Source: Ignavibacteriota bacterium (GTDB lineage Bacteria; Bacteroidota; Ignavibacteria; Palsa-1295). Taken from it: a stretch of 46,088 bases of DNA. Shown in pieces: positions 36,322-46,002 of the stretch; position 1 is the stretch's first letter; each line of letters starts with the position of its first letter. The stretch lies in the NCBI GenBank assembly GCA_025357895.1, contig JANYLL010000266.1, forward strand, positions 1 to 46,088. Direction: 5' to 3'. Made by a program: the position numbers and the translations under genes. The notes under the pieces are model-generated. The model was given only the letters and a program-made list of their open reading frames with translations. It ran no database searches and was not told the origin of the DNA.

Positions 36322-37833
36322 ATGCTTCAGCTACGGCAAAAAATGGGAATGCATCAGAAAATGACACCTCAGCAGGTGCAATATCTGAAGCTATTACAAA
36401 CTCCTGCCGCAGAGCTTGAAGCGAAGATCAAAGAAGAATTAGATGATAATCCGCTGCTCGAAGAAGTCTCCGAAGATGAGCAGCTGCAATCTGACCAAAA
36501 TGAAATAACCACTCCGATCGCCGGCTCATCCGAACAAGCTTCCACCGAATCAGGAACAGCCGTTGCCGAACCGATTGAGCGAAGTAACGACTATACTCTT
36601 GAAGATTTTTTAAACGACGAAACAGAGGGATTCAAGGCACCGCGAATTTCCCGCTCCGATGATGACGATGAAAATTCAGAGCGCTATCAACAAGCTTCGG
36701 AGGAAAGTTTTATCGAATCACTTTCGATGCAGCTTTCTCTGCTTGAATTATCCCCGCGCTTGCGTGTGCTCTCTGAAGAAATCATCGGTTCACTTGATGA
36801 AGACGGATACCTTCGTGAACCGCTCGAGCAGATCGTGCGTGATACAAGTGTTTATTTTGGCGAAGAATATACGGAGATCGAATCCGAGCGATTGTTAAAA
36901 CGCATTCAAAAGCTCGATCCTATTGGTGTCGCAGCTCGGAATTTACAGGAATGCCTGACGGTGCAATTGGAAGCGATCTATGATCATTCCCCTGCGCGTG
37001 AAGTTGCAATGGAAATCTTGCGCGATCATTACGAGCATTTCATAAAGAAAAATTATCAGGTCCTTGCAAAAAAATTGCGGATGGAAATGCATGATCTGAA
37101 GCCTGCTATCGATCTGATCCAACATCTTAATCCCAAGCCCGGCGCGCCTTCTCGCCCTGCATCGGAGAGTACGCGCTATATCACTCCCGATTTTTATATT
37201 GAAAAAACTCCGAGCGGAAAAGATTTCGTTATTACACTGAACGAGCGTGGCATACCAACACTGCGCGTGAACGCTTCCTATAAGGAGCTTGCAAAAAAGA
37301 AAGGTACGAACGGTGCAAAACCGTTGCCGGATGATGCGCGGGAATTCATCAATAAAAAATTCGAAGCGGCAAAGTTCTTTTTAGCAGCGATCTATCAACG
37401 CCGCGAAACATTGCTTCGCGTGATGACTTCTATCGTTCATCGGCAGCATGAATTCTTTATCAGCGGTGAAAAGTTTTTAAAGCCGATGATCTATAAGACC
37501 ATTGCCGAAGAGATCGGCATGGATATATCTACGATCTGCCGCGTCGTAAACGGAAAATATTGCCAATGCGATTACGGAGTATTCGAATTAAAATATTTTT
37601 TCAGCGAAGCGATTCCTGTTGATGGCGGCGAAGGTGAATCGGTTTCAAATAAAGTTGTGAAAGCGCGTATTAAAGAACTGATCGAATCCGAAAATCCCGG
37701 AAAGCCTTTTAATGATGATAAACTCGTCGAGATGCTTCGGGCAGATAGCTATGATCTTGCCAGGCGCACTGTCGCTAAATATCGTGAGCAGATGCATATC
37801 CCTGTTGCCAGGATGAGGAAGAAGATATTGTAA
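36322..37833 (+). CDS. rpoN: RNA polymerase sigma-54 factor
   Basis: It has the N-terminal Gln-rich region I (MTPQQVQYLKLLQ), an acidic linker, and a C-terminal HTH. The RpoN box is ARRTVAKYREQM. Confidence 0.93.
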   Translation: MLQLRQKMGMHQKMTPQQVQYLKLLQTPAAELEAKIKEELDDNPLLEEVSEDEQLQSDQNEITTPIAGSSEQASTESGTAVAEPIERSNDYTLEDFLNDETEGFKAPRISRSDDDDENSERYQQASEESFIESLSMQLSLLELSPRLRVLSEEIIGSLDEDGYLREPLEQIVRDTSVYFGEEYTEIESERLLKRIQKLDPIGVAARNLQECLTVQLEAIYDHSPAREVAMEILRDHYEHFIKKNYQVLAKKLRMEMHDLKPAIDLIQHLNPKPGAPSRPASESTRYITPDFYIEKTPSGKDFVITLNERGIPTLRVNASYKELAKKKGTNGAKPLPDDAREFINKKFEAAKFFLAAIYQRRETLLRVMTSIVHRQHEFFISGEKFLKPMIYKTIAEEIGMDISTICRVVNGKYCQCDYGVFELKYFFSEAIPVDGGEGESVSNKVVKARIKELIESENPGKPFNDDKLVEMLRADSYDLARRTVAKYREQMHIPVARMRKKIL

Positions 37834-37848
37834 CTCCTAATTCTTCGT

Positions 37849-39126
37849 ATGCTTTTAAAAACCATCATTTTTTTTCTTTTTTCTTTTCTTTTTTCCATTA
37901 TTGCGCCATGTCAAGTCCGCACAGGTCTTGATAATCTTATTGCTGAGAAATTTGCACAGCTTAAAGGTAAAAGAATCGGACTTATCTGCAATCAAACATC
38001 CCGTACATTAAAGGGTGAGTTTTCGCCGAAGCTTTTTGTAAAGCAGAAATCTTTTAAGCTTGTTGCATTATTTTCTCCTGAGCATGGATTATCGGGTGAG
38101 CGCAAAGCAGGGGTTCCAAGCGATAGCTCGGAAACATTTGAAGGCATACCAGTCTATTCACTTTATGGCGGCAATCGCAAACCGGCTCGTTCGAAGTTGC
38201 GGGGGATCGATGCGCTGGTTTTTGATATTCAAGATATCGGTGTTCGCCCATATACGTATCTTTCTACGATGATCTATGCAATGGAAGCGGCGGCTGAATA
38301 TCAGATCGAGTTTATTATTCTCGATAGACCGAATCCACTTTCCGGCGAGCGAATCGAAGGGAATATTTTAGATTCCGGATTGCGATCATTTTTAGGAGTC
38401 ATACCGATTCCCTATCTACATGGTATGACACTCGGAGAGTTGGCAGAAATGGCAAAAGACCGAAAGTGGTTTATTGATGCAGAGAGTTTAGAACTTTCAG
38501 TTATCAAAATGACGGGATGGAAACGGAGTATGTATTGGAATGAAACAGGCCTGAAATGGAAATCACCAAGCCCGAATATTCCGACTTTTGAAAGTGCCGT
38601 AGGATGCGCAATCTTTGGCGCAATCGGAGAACTTGGGATACTTTCAGTTGGAATCGGTTCCGACATGCCGTTCTTACGTATTGGTTCAAAACTTGTTCAG
38701 CCGCAATTTTTGGAACAAGCGGTTCTTTCCTCATTGCCGAAAGGAATTTCTGCGAAAAGAGAAGATTTTACTGTACCGTATGAGGATTCCAGTAAAACTT
38801 TTTTTGGAATGAAGATCATTCTGCCGCACAATATGGAAAAAGTCATTACACTATATGGTCCGGAATTTATTATAGTAAAGAAACTCATGGCTGATTCAAT
38901 TTTTATGAATTCATTTACTTCTTTAAAGCTCGGCAAGCAGAAAATTCTGGAAAAGGTAACAGGTGTTCATAATTTTATGCAGGCATTCACCTCAGATGTG
39001 CAGGCAATAATTCCTGGAGAAAACGGCAATAGAAATGTAAGTCTCGTCGAAGGATTTTTGTTTAAGTGGCAAAAAGATGCAGCGCGATTTCGCGGGTTAA
39101 GAAAAAAATACCTCCTCTATAATTAA
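37849..39126 (+). CDS. DUF1343 family protein (NamZ-like exo-beta-N-acetylmuramidase)
   Basis: It has GLDNLI...LKGKRIGLICNQTS, LFSPEHGLSGE, FDIQDIGVRPYTY, ILDRPNP and YLHGMTLGELA. Confidence 0.82.
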   Translation: MLLKTIIFFLFSFLFSIIAPCQVRTGLDNLIAEKFAQLKGKRIGLICNQTSRTLKGEFSPKLFVKQKSFKLVALFSPEHGLSGERKAGVPSDSSETFEGIPVYSLYGGNRKPARSKLRGIDALVFDIQDIGVRPYTYLSTMIYAMEAAAEYQIEFIILDRPNPLSGERIEGNILDSGLRSFLGVIPIPYLHGMTLGELAEMAKDRKWFIDAESLELSVIKMTGWKRSMYWNETGLKWKSPSPNIPTFESAVGCAIFGAIGELGILSVGIGSDMPFLRIGSKLVQPQFLEQAVLSSLPKGISAKREDFTVPYEDSSKTFFGMKIILPHNMEKVITLYGPEFIIVKKLMADSIFMNSFTSLKLGKQKILEKVTGVHNFMQAFTSDVQAIIPGENGNRNVSLVEGFLFKWQKDAARFRGLRKKYLLYN

Positions 39127-39131
39127 AAACA

Positions 39132-39512
39132 ATGGCAGAACAATTCACCTATCAACCCGGAGTCTGTAATATCGATGGCAATGGTGTTCATTGGAGAAAG
39201 CGACTTGGATTTATTTGTTTGACAGTGGGACTACTATCGCTTCCGGCGATGTACTACATTCATCTTGGACTAATCTTTCGATTTATTATTTGTGCAGGAT
39301 TTGGATTTACGGCTTCGCTTAATCTTTTGCAGGCAAAAGAACATTTTTGCGTTGTGAATGCATCAAAAAGGACATTTGAAAGCTCAATGCATCAAACAAA
39401 GATCATAGATGATCTTTATAAAGATATAGATATGAGAAAAACGGCAAGCTTGATGGGAAAGGCGCTAATTTATGCTTTGGCTGCTGGATGCTTAGGACTT
39501 CTGCCCATCTAA
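39132..39512 (+). CDS. Hypothetical membrane protein
   Basis: 126-aa ORF starting 6 nt after the upstream stop, with 2-3 hydrophobic helices. I recognise no family. Confidence 0.5.
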   Translation: MAEQFTYQPGVCNIDGNGVHWRKRLGFICLTVGLLSLPAMYYIHLGLIFRFIICAGFGFTASLNLLQAKEHFCVVNASKRTFESSMHQTKIIDDLYKDIDMRKTASLMGKALIYALAAGCLGLLPI

Positions 39513-39681
39513 TTTTTTTTCCGCTGCTTTTTTTTCTGCCCATACATCTTTATAGCAGATATAGATGATCCCTGCCATTCCGGCTAACATTCCGAGAAAG
39601 AAAATAAACATAATATTGCTCCTATAATAGTTATCGAATGGAGATAACGGCGAAAGAGGAAAATTAGTTTTCGGGGAAAAT

Positions 39682-39708
39682 GTAGCGCGGGCGTCTCGCC
39701 CGCGTTAC
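39682..39708 (-). terminator. GC-rich 12-bp hairpin downstream of the MFS transporter gene
   Basis: The hairpin is GTAGCGCGGGCG-TCT-CGCCCGCGTTAC. On the minus strand it is followed by CATTTTCC, which is a weak U-tract. Confidence 0.55.
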
Positions 39709-39714
39709 GATTTC

Positions 39715-41037
39715 TTACAGTGCCATAACCTGATTATACATCTCTGCCCGTATTGCTTTTGATCCGCTTCTTTTTGCAACGACCGATAGACTCGGCAGTT
39801 TGCGGACGAAACGATATGTAAGTGATGCAACGATAAGAAGAATAATTGAATCTGTCCACAGAGCCGTGCCGACGCCGTATTCATGTGCTAAGAATCCGGC
39901 AAGCAAACTTCCAAAAGGAAAGAGACCTGCAAAAGCAAGCGAGTAAATGCCCATCACTCTGCCGCGCAGTTCATCGGGGACGAATCGCTGCAATGTCGAA
40001 TTAGCGGTGATGAAAAAGGTAATAACACTCCAGCCCGTAACTCCCAAGCAGAAAAGAACCGGAAGAGTTGATGTGAAAAGCGGAATAAGACTTATCGAAG
40101 CGATAAATGTTGCAATAGAAAAATACACCATGAAACGCGCACGCAATTTATTACTGAAGGCTGCTTGTGTCAAGGCGGCAACAAGCGCACCGAGCCCGTT
40201 CGCTGAAAGCAATGCGCCATACGTTGCCGAATTTCCTTTTAATATTTCCACAGCAATCACCGGAAGATTCACTGTATAGCTCCAGGCAAAAAGTGTCATT
40301 GCAATGACAAGAACCATCAACGCCCTGAAGTTCGGAATATTATATAAATATCGCACGCCTACTTTCATTGATTGCATCCGGGATTCATCTTTCAATCTTC
40401 TGTTGCGCACTTCATGGGGCATGCGCATCATCAGCAAACCGATGATTACGGCGAGAAATGAAATGCCATTAAGCAAAAAACACAGCTCGATCGAAACTGT
40501 TGCGATGATCAGCGCACCAAGCGCCGGTCCGATCAGACGCGCTGCATTAAAGATCGCCGAGTTCAGCGCAACGGCATTCGGAATATCATCTTTACCAACC
40601 ATTTCGACCACAAATGCCTGACGTGTCGGAAGATCGAAAGCAATTGTTGCGCCGGAAAGTAAATTCACTATACCAAGAATCCAGATGGCAGTCCAATTTT
40701 GCCAGACAAAAAAAGCAAGTAGAAAGGCAAAAATACCGAGCAATGATTGCGTAATAAGTAAGATCTTTCGTTTGGGAAATTCATCGGCAATTGTGCCCGC
40801 ATAGACTCCGAGAAAAAGTATTGGCACTGCGCCAAGAAATCCCATAAGTCCGAGCGCGCGCGAATCTTTGGTGATTGAATAGACAAGCCATGCCAGTGCA
40901 GTATTCTGTAGCCACGTTCCGATAAGCGACACGCATTGCCCGAAAAAGAACAGACGGTAGTTGCGATGGCGTATCGAGCGGAAGGTCGTTCGAAACAGAT
41001 CAGAAAAATCAACCAGACGCGGAGCAGAAAAACGCAT
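39715..41037 (-). CDS. MFS transporter (EntS/MFS_3-like)
   Basis: 440 aa with about 12 hydrophobic helices. The N-terminus FRHRNYRLFFFGQCVSLIGTWLQNTALAWLV is typical of this MFS subfamily. Confidence 0.82.
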   Translation of the reverse strand: MRFSAPRLVDFSDLFRTTFRSIRHRNYRLFFFGQCVSLIGTWLQNTALAWLVYSITKDSRALGLMGFLGAVPILFLGVYAGTIADEFPKRKILLITQSLLGIFAFLLAFFVWQNWTAIWILGIVNLLSGATIAFDLPTRQAFVVEMVGKDDIPNAVALNSAIFNAARLIGPALGALIIATVSIELCFLLNGISFLAVIIGLLMMRMPHEVRNRRLKDESRMQSMKVGVRYLYNIPNFRALMVLVIAMTLFAWSYTVNLPVIAVEILKGNSATYGALLSANGLGALVAALTQAAFSNKLRARFMVYFSIATFIASISLIPLFTSTLPVLFCLGVTGWSVITFFITANSTLQRFVPDELRGRVMGIYSLAFAGLFPFGSLLAGFLAHEYGVGTALWTDSIILLIVASLTYRFVRKLPSLSVVAKRSGSKAIRAEMYNQVMAL

Positions 41038-41092
41038 ATTTCATTCTACGAAAATATGCACCGAAGGTTACCGAAAAACTACCTTCTGTAAT

Positions 41093-43354
41093 TCAATATT
41101 TAATAAGTTTTATAACTATTCTCTTCATACTTCCGGCATCATCTTGAGCAGTGAGCCTGCAAAGATATGTGCCTGCCGACATAAATTTTCCTGCTTCATC
41201 TTTTCCGTTCCAGAAGGCTTCGTAATTTCCGGATAGACGTGGGTTGGTCTTTATTATAGGGCAAATAATATTTCCGCGCAGATCGATGATCTCCAGCGAT
41301 ACCACTGCATCTTCTTCAGTTCTAAACTTTATTTGTGTTGTCGAAGTAAACGGATTCGGATAGACTTGGATCTGCACGGGCGATTCAGGGAGTGTTGTAA
41401 TTGCAGAAACTACATCTTTTACTGTGATCGTAAAGTTCTGAATATCAGTATTTTTATGTGAGTCCGTTGCACGCAGTGAAACAGAATATACTCCCGCAAT
41501 TGCAGTGGTGCCGGTTACATTACCGATGCTGTCGATCGTTAACCAATCAGGGGCGTGCAGAATGTCATACCGTATTCGCGGACCGGAAAAAGAACCGGCT
41601 ATAGCTTTATAAACGAACCTTACATGGGGACTAAAAGGAATAGCAGGAGGAATTGAGACAAAATGGATCGAGCTACTTATCAACTGCCAGTCAAGAGTGA
41701 TGGTATCAAAAGAATTGTACACCGCTACTTTTAATCCGATATTATCACCGATGAATTTTTTCATATCAGCACTCAGGAGGAAACCCGAATCCACACTGAC
41801 AATATTTCCGCCGATGTGCCAGCTAAAGTGCAGCGGCTCGCCGTTAGGATCGACGGCATGGACCATAAATGTATCAGCGATATCAGGGTTAAAAGGAAGA
41901 ACTCTTCTTCCGAGAAAGACAGATTCCTGATTAATTGAATCCTGATTGATGCGTACAGGAGCGAACGACACGATATGCGGAGGTAGTGGATAGATATTCG
42001 TAAATCGTCTTAACACATTGCGCGTAATCTGCGCGACGACAGGATCGGCTACCGGATAAAGTCCATCAACCCAATTGGTTGTTGCAGCATTGAAGACCGC
42101 TCCCCCTGAGTGAGTTGAATAATATCCCATTGTTGCATGGTTAGCATTTCCGGGTCTATTGGCTGTGGATATCCCCAGAATACAGAAATTTTTTGGAGTC
42201 TTATGTTCGCCTGTTATTTTCGGATATCCGCCAACCCAATGGAAAGGTGTTCCGTCGGTTTCATAACCAACGATCGAAGAACTATAACCGAATATTTCGC
42301 CGTCATGAATATTTGTGCCATTATATATCCAATGATGCGTATGGTAAGCAGTATAGCCTCCATAGCCCATGGATTTTACAAGTGTGCTTCCGTTATTGAC
42401 ATATCCGCCCTGATCAAAATTTACTCCCGTTAGGACATTTTCCGTATCGCTTACCGGCCAGCGCTCCCAAATGCAGGTAACAATAGAATCCTGTTTCGGA
42501 TGAAGTGGATCGTTCTTAAATCCTTTATAGCATACAAGTGTGTGCAGATTATCTTCATGGCGCACCTGCCACCAGCAGGTATTGCCTGAGAGGATCATCA
42601 TTCTCCCTCCGTGATTAACAAAGCTCTGACAAGCGTTTCTTTCCTTACGTGACCAGTATTCATCATGTCCTACGGTTATATAAACTTTATAGTGATCTAA
42701 AAAATGAGGGTCGCGGTCAAGATCGAGATTTGTGCAATACTCTACCTGAATTTTTTCTTTATCTGCCCATTGCACAAATTTATTGCTCCATCGGAAATAT
42801 CCTAATCCGCTGTCATTAGTGATGGGTCTGTTATAGGAAACTTTGTAGGCTGCGATCTTATCAGTGGAATTAAAATTATAAAGACTTTTTCCGCCCCAAT
42901 TATTATATGCCTGATATGTATTGACCGTTAGGCATACTACTACTTTCGAGAAAGAGCCTAATTCTTTTTCTTTCACAACGAAAATTATTTTCTTTGTGCC
43001 GTTCAAGACCGGAAAATCGGCTTCGTAAATTCCCGGTTTCCAATCGAAAGGGATCAATACTTCTGCGGTTGCATTCCATCCGCATCCTTTCGTATATACG
43101 CTATCGGGAACAGTTTGAAATCCGCCTCTAAGGGAATGAAGTGTAAGAACAGGTTCTTTTACCGCTCCGAGACGGAAGATCTTCAGATCGATCGTATCCA
43201 AACCACTGGAAATATAGAACTGCTGTTTTTCACCTTTAGTAATTGATTGCCGAGAGATGTAGCCGCCTTCCAGGGTTTGGGCGCCAAGGTTTGCTCCGAC
43301 AAAAATGTAAAAGCCGATCAGGAAGATCAGAAAAGTCTTAACAGAAAGCTGCAT
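41093..43354 (-). CDS. Secreted N,N-dimethylformamidase-beta-subunit-like (DUF6605) protein with Ig-like domain and T9SS C-terminal sorting domain
   Basis: It has a signal peptide and LTVNTYQAYNNWGGKSLY, the hallmark of the DMFase-large-subunit-like domain. A cadherin/Ig-like segment reads APDWLTIDSIGNVTGTTAIAGVYSVSLRATD. The C-terminus is VYPNPFTSTTQIKF...GTYLCRL. Confidence 0.72.
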   Translation of the reverse strand: MQLSVKTFLIFLIGFYIFVGANLGAQTLEGGYISRQSITKGEKQQFYISSGLDTIDLKIFRLGAVKEPVLTLHSLRGGFQTVPDSVYTKGCGWNATAEVLIPFDWKPGIYEADFPVLNGTKKIIFVVKEKELGSFSKVVVCLTVNTYQAYNNWGGKSLYNFNSTDKIAAYKVSYNRPITNDSGLGYFRWSNKFVQWADKEKIQVEYCTNLDLDRDPHFLDHYKVYITVGHDEYWSRKERNACQSFVNHGGRMMILSGNTCWWQVRHEDNLHTLVCYKGFKNDPLHPKQDSIVTCIWERWPVSDTENVLTGVNFDQGGYVNNGSTLVKSMGYGGYTAYHTHHWIYNGTNIHDGEIFGYSSSIVGYETDGTPFHWVGGYPKITGEHKTPKNFCILGISTANRPGNANHATMGYYSTHSGGAVFNAATTNWVDGLYPVADPVVAQITRNVLRRFTNIYPLPPHIVSFAPVRINQDSINQESVFLGRRVLPFNPDIADTFMVHAVDPNGEPLHFSWHIGGNIVSVDSGFLLSADMKKFIGDNIGLKVAVYNSFDTITLDWQLISSSIHFVSIPPAIPFSPHVRFVYKAIAGSFSGPRIRYDILHAPDWLTIDSIGNVTGTTAIAGVYSVSLRATDSHKNTDIQNFTITVKDVVSAITTLPESPVQIQVYPNPFTSTTQIKFRTEEDAVVSLEIIDLRGNIICPIIKTNPRLSGNYEAFWNGKDEAGKFMSAGTYLCRLTAQDDAGSMKRIVIKLIKY

Positions 43355-43782
43355 GTGTTGTTCTGTAGAATCAAGGAAATCAAGGAAAAATTTGCCAAAA
43401 ATACATACCTGAGGTTTTCTGTTTATTACGGCAATATTATCTTATCGTTAATAATTTCGATAACAACAAGTCGGCAACCTTTTGCATAACGATCAATACA
43501 AATATACACCTACATATCCTTTTGCGTTCCGTTTTTTTACGGATTTCAGAATAGCTCTCACCTCTTCCTTCGTATTATTGCATGAAGACGTTACAAACCC
43601 CTTGTTATACGTGAAACCTTCATCACGGGGCACACATCTTGTATTTCTGATGTGGATCACACACACTGCCTAAATTTTAGAGATATATTCTTTATCGCCA
43701 ATGAAAAATATTTCATTTCTTCTCATGAATCTTTGTTCGCGCTGCAATGTAGTTTATGCCATCACAGATCACTTGTGCGAAT

Positions 43783-44547
43783 ATGAAATTCCCCACATTA
43801 AAAAGCGTTACCATAGCAGTTTCATTTTGTTTCGCTTTCTATTCGATAGTTGGTTGCAGTGCTCCTGTGCGGACGACGAAGTATCTTGATGCCTACGATT
43901 CGCTTCCTTATAAAGATACGATCACAGTACATGCTCAGGCCAGAGTTGCATATAATGCAGCCATTGTTTCACTTCAAAAGCGCGGATATGTTCTTACTTA
44001 TAACGATCCTGCCGCAGGTAGTGCAAACTTCGAGATGAACAGCCCAACAAAACTTCCCGAAGAACAAAAACAATCGGAAGTAGATAATGCCGGACCATCT
44101 GTCGGAACAGTGATCCTCGTTGTGCTGGCGATCATACTTATTGTCGGCATTATTTATCTTATTGCAAATTCATCGGATGACGATTCGCAAGATCATAAAA
44201 AAGATTCTTCGAAGAACGATACAAAAAACTCGCAGAATAGGGGGGGAAGAGATAGCAGAAACCAGTTTCATCATAATGAGCGCTACCATGAACATCATGA
44301 TTATATCGGTCCGTTTATTTCCCCAATGGTAAGTCAAGTGCTCAGTGCTCCGCCGCCAAACCCTAGCTATCTCTATGTTCTCAGCTTAGACGCGACGGCA
44401 ACATCCGATTCGACTACGGAGATCCAGCTAAAAACCGAACGCCTGGACCTTCAGGGCAATGAGATAATGAATGAAGTTCAGTTCGAAAATAAGTACCTTA
44501 ACTATTCAATCTTCGATGGCATTGGGAAAGAAATGGAGAGGAGGTAG
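43783..44547 (+). CDS. Hypothetical lipoprotein with an internal TM helix and a charged His/Asp/Lys-rich low-complexity segment
   Basis: The signal and lipobox read SFCFAFYSIVGCSAP. The internal hydrophobic helix is VGTVILVVLAIILIVGIIYLIA, followed by SSDDDSQDHKKDSSKNDTKNSQNRGGRDSRNQFHHNERYHEHHD. I chose the start at ATG 43783. Confidence 0.6.
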   Translation: MKFPTLKSVTIAVSFCFAFYSIVGCSAPVRTTKYLDAYDSLPYKDTITVHAQARVAYNAAIVSLQKRGYVLTYNDPAAGSANFEMNSPTKLPEEQKQSEVDNAGPSVGTVILVVLAIILIVGIIYLIANSSDDDSQDHKKDSSKNDTKNSQNRGGRDSRNQFHHNERYHEHHDYIGPFISPMVSQVLSAPPPNPSYLYVLSLDATATSDSTTEIQLKTERLDLQGNEIMNEVQFENKYLNYSIFDGIGKEMERR

Positions 44548-44649
44548 TTGCAATTTTTTTAGGTATGGGAAAAGCTAAATGGATGCCCAATCGGTTTTCA
44601 TTGATGCTTAGAAGGAGTTGCGTATTTTTGGTGACAATTTACTAACCAC

Positions 44650-45561
44650 ATGGCTATACCTGATTTCCAGTCGATGATGCTTCCTATACTCACCTTTCTA
44701 GGAGATGGCAAGGAAAGAAAGTCCAAAGATATTAATGAATATCTTTCGAAGAAGTATGAACTCACGGAAGATGAGCTAAAGGAAATGCTACCGAGCCAAA
44801 GAGCGCGCCGATTCCCAAATAGGGTGGCATGGGTATTCACGTACTTCAAGCACGCCGGCCTCATCGATTCCCCGGCAAGAGGAGTATATAGGATCACTGA
44901 TACGGGCAGAGGAGTGCTTGCGAAGAATCCTGAGCGAATCGACCTGCGCTTTCTGAAGCAGTATGACAGCATTAAGGAGTTTACTTCGAGTAAGAAGGAA
45001 AAAATCGTAGAGGAAACGCAGACTCAAGCTGAGACCGTCAGGACTCCGACAGAGGTCATGCAAGAAGAATATCTGATAATGAAAAGAAGTCTTGCACAGG
45101 ATATTCTTTCAACGGTTAAATCATGCTCACCCACTTTCTTTGAAGCTCTCGTTGTTGATCTGCTTCTGGCAATGGGTTACGGCGGTTCGCGAATCGATGC
45201 TGGTGAGATTACGGCAAAGACCAATGACGGAGGAATTGACGGCGTTATTAAAGAAGATAAACTCGGACTCGATTCTGTTTACATCCAGGCAAAACGCTGG
45301 CAAGGATCGGTGGGACGACCAGACGTTCAGGCATTTGTCGGAGCCTTAGAGGGGCAGCGCGCAAAGAAAGGCGTCATGATAACAACTTCAACTTTCAGTG
45401 ACGGCGCTACTTCCTATGTAAAGAACATCGACAAACGTGTTGTGCTCATCGACGGCGAAATGCTTGCAGAATTAATGATTGAGCATAACGTTGGAGTCGC
45501 AGCATCCGAAACGTATGTCGTGAAGAAGATCGACTCTGATTATTTTAGTGAGGAGTTTTAA
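44650..45561 (+). CDS. mrr: Mrr-family Type IV restriction endonuclease (Mrr_N winged helix plus Mrr catalytic domain)
   Basis: The N-terminus is IPDFQSMMLPILTFLGDG...RVAWVFTYFKHAGLI. The catalytic core is FEALVVDLLLAMGYG...DGGIDGVI...VYIQAKRW...VGRPDVQAFVGAL. Confidence 0.88.
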   Translation: MAIPDFQSMMLPILTFLGDGKERKSKDINEYLSKKYELTEDELKEMLPSQRARRFPNRVAWVFTYFKHAGLIDSPARGVYRITDTGRGVLAKNPERIDLRFLKQYDSIKEFTSSKKEKIVEETQTQAETVRTPTEVMQEEYLIMKRSLAQDILSTVKSCSPTFFEALVVDLLLAMGYGGSRIDAGEITAKTNDGGIDGVIKEDKLGLDSVYIQAKRWQGSVGRPDVQAFVGALEGQRAKKGVMITTSTFSDGATSYVKNIDKRVVLIDGEMLAELMIEHNVGVAASETYVVKKIDSDYFSEEF

Positions 45562-45690
45562 AACAAACAATCTTTTTGAGACGAAGTAGGGTTTAATACT
45601 TTCACGGGCGACGAATTAGAGCGAAGGCGCTCCTTCACCAGCGAAAAATGCAATGTCTGTGCGGAATTTGGATGTGTAAGGGGAAAGAAG

Positions 45691-46002
45691 ATGGACGATA
45701 ATACAAAGTATCAAAAATCTACTATAGATGATTTGTTCTTTGGTATATTTGGCTTTTATCCAAGTAAAGCTGGGCAGGCATATGAAATGCTTGTCTCTGC
45801 TGTTCTAAAACTTGTCCTGAATAAGGATATCGAATACAACCAATTTGAAAGAGGCATCTATAGTGAAACAGTTTATCAACTTGATGGACTTATAAGAGGT
45901 GATAATTACCCGATAGAGGCAAAAGATTATACACTTAGAGATTCAAAAGTAGGACGCCCAGATCTGCAAAAATTGGAAGGCGCACTAGCTGTCTATCAGT
46001 AA
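45691..46002 (+). pseudogene. Truncated PD-(D/E)xK (Mrr_cat-like) nuclease ORF: N-terminal domain only
   Basis: The 103-aa product has a D...E-x-K core (YQLDGLIRGDNYPIEAKDY) and VGRPDLQKLEGAL, as in restriction endonuclease catalytic domains. The ORF then stops abruptly. A convergent open frame enters from the window edge and overlaps its 3' end. Confidence 0.45.

Noticed and set aside
43472-43487. A sigma-54 promoter-like sequence, GGCAACCTTTTGCA, in the intergenic region upstream of the lipoprotein gene. rpoN is present in the window.
   Set aside because: The GG-to-GC spacing is one nucleotide shorter than the TGGCAC-N5-TTGC consensus. It also lies about 300 nt from the nearest start codon, and no enhancer-binding protein gene is nearby.
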